Below are positions 63,539 through 64,000 of a DNA stretch of 64,000 bases, in pieces. The position numbers and the translations under genes are program-made. Every line of letters begins with the position of its first letter. Position 1 is the first letter of the stretch. Source of the stretch: Schmidtea polychroa (taxonomy: Eukaryota). A model generated the notes under the pieces. That model was not told the DNA's origin and did not search any database. It worked only from the letters and a program-made list of their open reading frames with translations. The stretch covers positions 241,862,001-241,926,000 of the forward strand of contig CM097885.1 of NCBI GenBank assembly GCA_044892525.1. The letters run 5' to 3'.

Positions 63539-64000
63539 GTCTAAACTATATTATGTATAAGCAAATATGCAAACCTAAAAATTCGATGTTCTAAATGCTT
63601 AGTTTTGAGGACGGTCTAACAAGATAGTAGCGCCCAAGTACGACGTATAAAGTTTGCTCGCCCCGTGTCACCGAAACATTGGAGCACAGTTGTCAACACT
63701 CAATATGACATAATAAGACTATCACCAAAAAAGACACCATAGAAAGACAATTTGAAGAAAAATAAATGTTAACTGCGACGATAACAAAAATGTTACCAAC
63801 AGTTAGTCTATGACAAAATTCATCACACTAAATTAATTTTTCTTGCTTCAATAAAAGCATTAAAGTCTATTTTTTCAACTGTTTCCTTCTCTATACTGAG
63901 AAGTGCAAGATCACAGAGACTATCTTGTTTCATTGACGCCCTTAGATATGAGAGAATGAGCTTCAGCATGCTGAAGGAACACTCACAACTGGCTATTGAT

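Overview
Very AT-rich eukaryotic (invertebrate metazoan-type) draft genomic DNA with six N-gaps. It is not prokaryotic, and no CRISPR, tRNA or rRNA was seen. Two spliced protein-coding genes lie on the + strand. (1) A complete filamin, 2460-38475: CH1-CH2 actin-binding domain plus 20 Ig-like repeats, about 2250 aa. I traced it by hand through GT-AG exons with consistent phases. (2) A divergent RBBP6/Mpe1-like gene, 45204-57420: DWNN, RING and Arg/Ser-rich tail, about 570 aa, apparently without the zinc knuckle. The standout observation is that the 1216-aa orphan ORF at 15729-19379 is best read as a 3636-nt, phase-1/phase-1 symmetric giant cassette exon of filamin (15721-19356). It would insert 1212 low-complexity, motif-rich residues exactly at the G|SPF junction of one Ig repeat, and its first and last codons mimic the beta-strands they interrupt. 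Filamin also has a candidate 9-nt microexon and a 33-nt hinge exon. Introns and intergenic DNA carry many transposon relics (Tigger/pogo, hAT, piggyBac-like, Penelope-like, BEL/Pao, a solo LTR), minisatellites, a 252-bp tandem array and a perfect 69-bp hairpin. All calls are from manual reading and recalled family motifs; no database search was run.
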